IMG/VR virus record: IMGVR_UViG_3300047561_001367
Location: 32,001-96,000 of that record
DNA: 64,000 nucleotides
Strand: one strand, 5' to 3'
Source: a virus
Taxonomy: Duplodnaviria > Caudoviricetes
The position numbers and the translations under genes are program-made. Of this stretch, positions 58,744-64,000 are shown in pieces (positions within the stretch are counted from its first letter, which is position 1; every line of letters starts with the position of its first letter). The notes under the pieces were generated by a model that saw nothing but the letters and a program-made list of their open reading frames with translations, had not been told where the DNA came from and ran no database searches.

Positions 58744-58746
58744 GGT

Positions 58747-59088
58747 ATGCCTTATTACTTGTTTAGACATCCAGACACCGAAGAATTAATAGAATTATTT
58801 TTTCATATGAATGATGAAAAAAAATTTATTGATGAAAGCGGAATTGAATGGCGTAGGGAATTTGTTGTTCCTCAAGCTAGTATTGATGCAAATATTGACC
58901 CATATTCAAAACGTGCTTTCATGGATAAAACAAACAAAGCAGGAACTTTTGGCGAAATGATGGATTTATCTAAAGAGCTAAGCGAGAAACGGGGCGGGGG
59001 GAAAAATGACCCAGTAAAAAAAGATTTTGTTAAAAATTGGAAACAAAAAAGAAATTTAACAAAAAATGGGTATACACCCTCCTTTTAA
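58747..59088 (+). CDS. FmdB-like small protein lacking the Zn-binding cysteines
   Basis: MPYYLF..E.FFHM N-terminus resembles FmdB 'MP.Y.Y.C'. Confidence 0.4.
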   Translation: MPYYLFRHPDTEELIELFFHMNDEKKFIDESGIEWRREFVVPQASIDANIDPYSKRAFMDKTNKAGTFGEMMDLSKELSEKRGGGKNDPVKKDFVKNWKQKRNLTKNGYTPSF

Positions 59089-59164
59089 GAATGTTTTTTT
59101 TTATTTTGATAATTTGTTTATTTTTGCCATCTAATTCAGAATGTTGTAAATTTATATCCATAAT

Positions 59165-61144
59165 ATGAGTACAGAAATTATTTCAGAAAGTTTTGCAAAC
59201 AAATACGCTAACAAAAATCCAAATTGGGGATTTAATGGTTTAGGGTATATTGTTTATAAAAGAACATACGCACGTTTAAAAGATGAAGGTTTAACGGAAG
59301 AATGGCATGAAACTATTCGTCGTTGCATTAATGGCTCTCAAAAAATTGGAGCTAATTATACTCAAGAAGAGGCGGAGCAACTATTTGATTTAATTTTTAA
59401 TCTTAAATGTAATTTTGCTGGGCGCATGCTTTGGCAACTTGGTACTCCGACAGTAGATCGTTTTGGAGCAAACTCTCTTCTTAATTGTTGGAATGTTTCC
59501 ATGAATAGCACAAAATCTTTCTTATTTCTTTTTGAGAACTTAATGCTTGGTGGCGGCGTTGGCTTTTCTATTCGTCGTGAAGACATTCATGAACTGCCTC
59601 GTATTAAAAAAGAAGTAAATATTATTCATAAAAATACTAAAGATGCTGATTTTATTGTACCGGATAGTCGTGAAGGATGGATTCGCCTTCTAGACCGCGT
59701 ACTAGAAGCCTTTTATGTAAATGGAAAATCATTTACTTATTCCACTATTTTAATTCGAGGGGCCGGAGAAAGGATCGGCGGATTTGGTGGGGTAGCTAGT
59801 GGTCCACAGATTTTAATCGATGGAATAGAAAAAATTGTAAATATTTTTAAGACAAGGGAAAATAAAAAACTGCGTTCAGTTGATGTTCTTGATGTATGTA
59901 ATATCATTGGCGGGATTGTTGTTTCTGGTAATGTTCGTCGTAGCGCACAAATTGCAATTGGCGATCCTGATGACTATTTGTTTCTTCGAGCTAAAAATTG
60001 GTCTTTAGGAAATGTTCCAAATTGGCGCGCTATGTCTAATAATACCATTTATGCAGATAGCTTTGATCATATATCTAGTGAAATATGGACAAATGGTTAT
60101 ATTTTAGATCCACAGACTGGTTTTGCTAAAGGTGAACCTTATGGATTTTTCAATCTTCCATTGTCTCAGCAATTTGGACGTTTAAAAGATGGTAAAATGA
60201 AAGATTCCACTCTTTATCCCACAGATGAAGATAATGTAGTCGGTACTAATCCATGTGGAGAAATTAGCCTTGCTTCATATGAGTGCTGTAATCTTTCAGA
60301 GCTTTATTTAAATAATATTTCTTCTAAAGAAGAGCTTATTCTTTGCGCAAAATTATTGTATAAAACACAAAAAGCTATTGCTGCCCTTCCATTTCTTCAT
60401 GAGGAAACCAATAAGATTGTCCATAAAAATATGCGTCTTGGATTGGGCGTTACTGGTATTTGCCAGTCTCTTGATAAAATTGACTGGCTTGACGCTTGTT
60501 ATAAAGAACTCCGTAAATTTGATAAGGAGTGGAGTAAAGAGCGCGGGTGGAATCGTAGCATTAAACTTACTACAATTAAGCCTAGTGGCACCTTGAGCTT
60601 GCTAGGGGGATCTACTCCTGGAGTTCATCCAGCATATTCTAAGTATTATACTCGTCGCGTCAGAATGGCTAGTAACGATAAGCTTGTCCAGTATTGTCGT
60701 GATCTTGGCTACCATGTAGAGTATGTACTTAATTTTGATGGATCTGAAAACCATGATACTGTTGTAGTTGAGTTTCCATGCGAAACTCCAGATGGTGCGT
60801 TATTTGCTGATGATATGGGAGTTATCAAACAATTAGAAATGGTTAAAAAATTACAAGAAGTTTGGTCAGATAATGCAGTAAGTGTTACAGCTTATTATTC
60901 TGAAGAAGAGCTTCCGTCACTTAAACAATGGCTTCAAGAAAATTATGCTAATTCTATTAAATCAGTAAGTTTTCTTCTTAGGCAAAAACATGGTTTTAAA
61001 CAAGCTCCATATGAAGAGATTACAAAAGAAGTTTACGAAAGTAAAAAGTCTAAAGTAAAATCACTTGTTAATATTAAACAAAATATTGGTCAAGAGGCTT
61101 TAGAAGGTATTGAGTGCGAAGGTGGAGTTTGCCCTATTAAATAA
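59165..61144 (+). CDS. nrdJ: Class II (adenosylcobalamin-dependent) ribonucleotide reductase
   Basis: VYKRTYAR, TNPCGEI, TTIKPSGT, C-terminal CEGGVCPIK; no beta subunit adjacent. Confidence 0.92.
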   Translation: MSTEIISESFANKYANKNPNWGFNGLGYIVYKRTYARLKDEGLTEEWHETIRRCINGSQKIGANYTQEEAEQLFDLIFNLKCNFAGRMLWQLGTPTVDRFGANSLLNCWNVSMNSTKSFLFLFENLMLGGGVGFSIRREDIHELPRIKKEVNIIHKNTKDADFIVPDSREGWIRLLDRVLEAFYVNGKSFTYSTILIRGAGERIGGFGGVASGPQILIDGIEKIVNIFKTRENKKLRSVDVLDVCNIIGGIVVSGNVRRSAQIAIGDPDDYLFLRAKNWSLGNVPNWRAMSNNTIYADSFDHISSEIWTNGYILDPQTGFAKGEPYGFFNLPLSQQFGRLKDGKMKDSTLYPTDEDNVVGTNPCGEISLASYECCNLSELYLNNISSKEELILCAKLLYKTQKAIAALPFLHEETNKIVHKNMRLGLGVTGICQSLDKIDWLDACYKELRKFDKEWSKERGWNRSIKLTTIKPSGTLSLLGGSTPGVHPAYSKYYTRRVRMASNDKLVQYCRDLGYHVEYVLNFDGSENHDTVVVEFPCETPDGALFADDMGVIKQLEMVKKLQEVWSDNAVSVTAYYSEEELPSLKQWLQENYANSIKSVSFLLRQKHGFKQAPYEEITKEVYESKKSKVKSLVNIKQNIGQEALEGIECEGGVCPIK

Positions 61145-61563
61145 TGAAAAAATATAAAGACTCGAATAAAGAAGATCGAGATGAATTAGATTCGAATCTA
61201 GAGCAAAAATTTATGCTTAATCTTCAATGGTCAATGTTATTTTTTGTCTTTAATCAAATTGCTAATAATATTAACCAAGAAAATGAATTAGAGGACGACC
61301 AAAAGGTTCAAAATCAATTTATTAAAAGTTGGAAAAAATTTGCGCATTTAAATATAACAAAATCAGATTTAAAAATTATTAATGATATTTTAAATTCTCC
61401 TAAAAATATATTCTATAGCGCGCTTCAAAATGATAATGAAGTAACTGAAAGTACAGAGATTTATCAAGAAAAGTATAATGATATAATTAATAAAATTGCA
61501 GAGTTTTTTTTGAAAACAATATCTATCAACCAATATAATTCTACAGACGAAGAAGAGGATTGA
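61144..61563 (+). CDS. Hypothetical protein
   Basis: ORF coupled by TAATG overlap. Confidence 0.6.
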   Translation: MKKYKDSNKEDRDELDSNLEQKFMLNLQWSMLFFVFNQIANNINQENELEDDQKVQNQFIKSWKKFAHLNITKSDLKIINDILNSPKNIFYSALQNDNEVTESTEIYQEKYNDIINKIAEFFLKTISINQYNSTDEEED

Positions 61564-61564
61564 T

Positions 61565-62611
61565 ATGAAAAAAGTACTTATTACAGGAGTCACCGGCCAA
61601 GATGGTAGTTATATGGCTGAATATTTACTTGGATTTCCAGACTATGAAGTCTATGGAATGATTCGTAGATCATCCACTAATAATTATAAAAATATTGAGC
61701 ATTTAATAAATAAACCTAAATTTAAAATTGTTTTAGGCGATCTTTCCGATTCTCAGTCTATTGAGAATTTAGTAAGAGAAATCCAACCAGATTATTTTAT
61801 TAATTTAGCAGCGCAAAGTTTTGTTGCGGCTTCTTGGGAAATACCAGAACAAACTTTTGAAGTGGACGCTATCGGTGTAATTCGTTGTTTAGAATCTATT
61901 AGAAAACATGCTCCAAAATGTAGATTTTATAACGCAGGTTCTTCCGAAGAACTCGGGAATGTTGATTATAGCCCACAAGATGAAAAACACCCATTAAAGC
62001 CAAGAAGCCCATATGGTGCTGCAAAAGCCGCCGCAAGACATATTGTAAAAGTTTACCGTGAAAGTTATGGTCTTTACGCTATACAGGGATTATTATATAA
62101 CCATGAAAGTGAACGTCGCGGAGAAGAATTCGTAACTAGAAAAATTACTAAAAATATCGCTAGAATTAAAAATGCTATAAATAATAATAAATATTTTGAT
62201 CCTCTTGAGCTTGGTAATATTGATGCAAAACGTGACTGGAGTCATGCTGAAGATTTTGTTAAAGGTATTTGGCTAATGTTAAACCAAAAAGAGCCTAAAG
62301 AATTTATTTTATCTTCAGGCTCAACTTATACCGTTAGAGAGTTTATTGAAATGGCATTTTTACAAGCTGGAATAAAAGGCCATTGGTCATTTTCGACAAC
62401 AATCGGAAATGAGTCGTTACCAGAAAATGAAATCTTTTTAAAAGATACGGGGGAAATATTAATGAAAATTAATCCTATATTTTATAGACCAGCGGAAGTT
62501 GATCTACTTTGGGGGGATTCTACAGAAGCAAGAATAAAATTAAATTGGAAACCAGAAATTTCTTTCGAAAACTTGGTAAAAAGAATGGTTGCAAATGATT
62601 TAAAACTATAA
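61565..62611 (+). CDS. gmd: GDP-mannose 4,6-dehydratase
   Basis: LITGVTGQDGSY, NLAAQSFV, PRSPYGAAK, NHESERRGEEFVTRKI, RPAEVDLL. Confidence 0.95.
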   Translation: MKKVLITGVTGQDGSYMAEYLLGFPDYEVYGMIRRSSTNNYKNIEHLINKPKFKIVLGDLSDSQSIENLVREIQPDYFINLAAQSFVAASWEIPEQTFEVDAIGVIRCLESIRKHAPKCRFYNAGSSEELGNVDYSPQDEKHPLKPRSPYGAAKAAARHIVKVYRESYGLYAIQGLLYNHESERRGEEFVTRKITKNIARIKNAINNNKYFDPLELGNIDAKRDWSHAEDFVKGIWLMLNQKEPKEFILSSGSTYTVREFIEMAFLQAGIKGHWSFSTTIGNESLPENEIFLKDTGEILMKINPIFYRPAEVDLLWGDSTEARIKLNWKPEISFENLVKRMVANDLKL

Positions 62612-62629
62612 TAGAGTGTATATATATTT

Positions 62630-62827
62630 ATGTCTGAAGCTCATCAATTAGTATCAAACTTTGATAGTTGTAAACATCGCTCTCCCGATCAAATCGGTAA
62701 AATAATCCAACGCTGTTCATGTCAGGGAGGTAATTACGAAGTCAAAGGTTTCTTTTGTAATAAAAGAAATATTTTTAAGTTAGAGCCTAGTATATGCCAA
62801 AGTTGTGAAGTTTATGAGTCTAAATAA
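62630..62827 (+). CDS. Small Cys-rich protein
   Basis: Six Cys in 65 aa; GTGTA motif 14 nt upstream. Confidence 0.6.
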   Translation: MSEAHQLVSNFDSCKHRSPDQIGKIIQRCSCQGGNYEVKGFFCNKRNIFKLEPSICQSCEVYESK

Positions 62828-63164
62828 AAAAGACTTTATTAAAAAATTTTTAAAGGACGGCACTAAAATTATTTGGCCGAAAGAAATGAAAATGGTCAAA
62901 ATGTTATTAGACATTTTTCCAGATGAATTATTTTGGAATTCTTTAGATTTAAAATTTAAATTAAATAGTTTATGTTGGTTATTATCTGATGATGGAAGGT
63001 CTTTTCTTAACACCGAATATCAAAAGTATAAATTAGAATTGCCAGAAGTAAAAAAGTATAAATTAGAAAAAAATAATATTGCCTTTGATTCAAAAATCTC
63101 TTATACTTCAGAAAGTCCTCTGAACTTAAGAGGCTTTTTAAATTTATGGCAAAAGAAACATTAG
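62814..63164 (+). CDS. Hypothetical protein
   Basis: Likely start MSLNKK at 62814 (track start 62805). Confidence 0.55.
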   Translation: MSLNKKDFIKKFLKDGTKIIWPKEMKMVKMLLDIFPDELFWNSLDLKFKLNSLCWLLSDDGRSFLNTEYQKYKLELPEVKKYKLEKNNIAFDSKISYTSESPLNLRGFLNLWQKKH

Positions 63165-64000
63165 GCGGAAAAAGTATCTTATCATCCCATTTAAAGGATA
63201 ATAAAGATAGTCATTATAATTTTGAAGATGAGCAAATTTTTAATGTCTCAACAGGATCTCTTCTTTTAGATTCTGAACTCGGTGGCTCATTAGAAGTTCC
63301 AGCGATTGTTAGATTTACTGGCGTAAGTGGTGGTGGAAAAACAAGTTCTGCACTCCTTATTATGAATAATTTTCTTAAAACAATTCCTAATGCTAAAGGA
63401 TTGCTTATAAAAGCAGAGGGGCGTTTAAACTCTAATGTTAAAAAAATCTCTGGGGTTGATTTTGTTGATAAACCCGAGGACTGGGATAATGGAAAATGTT
63501 TTGTATTACGTTCGAATGTTTATGAAAATGTTGCTACCTTGATTCTTGAATTAATTCAAAATAATCCAGAGAATACTCGTTATTATTTTCTTGTAGATAG
63601 TATGGATGCACTTATTTCTAAAAATGATTTGAGTAAAGGGTTTGATGATAGCGCAAAAGTTGCTGCTGGAGCGGTATTAACTTCTAACTTTTTAAGACGT
63701 ATCATGTTACCACTATCTACTTTTGGACATATTTGTGGTCTTATTTCACAGGTTCGTTCTAATGTTCAGATCAATCCTTATGCAAAGGGAGATCCTAAAC
63801 TTACCAATAGTTCTGGTGGCAATGCATTACAGCATTACGCAGATTGGATCTTTGAATTTCAACCTAGATATAAATCAGATCAAATTATTGAAGATGGTAA
63901 AATTATTGGGCACTGGTCAAAAATTCTTCTTCGTAAAACTACTAACGAAAAAGATGGTACTGAAATTACTTATCCAATTCGGCATGGTCGTTCTGATGGT
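63146..64000 (+). CDS. RecA/UvsX-like recombinase, 3'-truncated (not in ORF track)
   Basis: MAKETLGG...VSTGSLLLDSELGG...Walker A GVSGGGKT, Walker B FLVDSMDAL, 'ISQVR', 'GGNALQHYADW'. Confidence 0.9.
   Translation, partial: MAKETLGGKSILSSHLKDNKDSHYNFEDEQIFNVSTGSLLLDSELGGSLEVPAIVRFTGVSGGGKTSSALLIMNNFLKTIPNAKGLLIKAEGRLNSNVKKISGVDFVDKPEDWDNGKCFVLRSNVYENVATLILELIQNNPENTRYYFLVDSMDALISKNDLSKGFDDSAKVAAGAVLTSNFLRRIMLPLSTFGHICGLISQVRSNVQINPYAKGDPKLTNSSGGNALQHYADWIFEFQPRYKSDQIIEDGKIIGHWSKILLRKTTNEKDGTEITYPIRHGRSDG

Noticed and set aside
1729-63013. Many short ORF-track entries overlapping long genes (e.g. 5544..5861, 16004..16330, 39485..39694)
   Set aside because: They are shadow or alternate-frame ORFs of real genes. 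The poly-Glu/Leu one is simply the antisense of a poly-Ser tract.
1-64000. Genome-wide stop-codon reassignment (TGA or TAG)
   Set aside because: Long genes are intact in code 11, and TGA terminates genes normally at ATGA overlaps (2336, 10837) and at 61563. Only the tail tube TGA looks recoded.
1-64000. tRNA/rRNA genes, introns or inteins (e.g. in nrdJ or the RecA-like gene)
   Set aside because: Intergenic gaps are mostly too short and no cloverleaf was seen; NrdJ is of normal compact length with no intein motifs.

Overview
AT-rich, gene-dense 64-kb segment of a large tailed dsDNA phage. No sheath gene is recognisable, so it is probably a siphovirus-like morphotype; the host cannot be determined from this window. 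Left to right: the end of a fibre-like gene, a lysis cassette (lipoproteins, holin-like proteins, M15 endolysin), a head module (protease-scaffold, decoration, major capsid), neck genes, tail tube, chaperones, a 3121-aa tape measure protein, and ~27 kb of tail-tip/adhesin genes. These are followed by a minus-strand block (annealing protein, glycosyltransferases) and a plus-strand block (sigma factor, SSB-like protein, GT4, class II RNR, Gmd, RecA-like). All product calls come from motif recognition and synteny, not database searches. Top observations: (1) the tape measure protein is divided by ten copies of G-[FY]-[IV]-P-[NS]-F into discrete modules, two of which carry PD-(D/E)xK nuclease-like signatures, suggesting a processed polyprotein that delivers injected cargo. 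(2) The tail tube UGA stop is followed in frame by 167 sense codons with no usable start, encoding a carbohydrate-binding-like domain, with a GC-rich hairpin just 3' of the UGA, suggesting programmed readthrough. (3) Eight poly-serine tracts and a mucin-type GDPH motif in tail proteins co-occur with phage glycosyltransferases (including a split GT9) and Gmd, suggesting a glycosylated virion surface.
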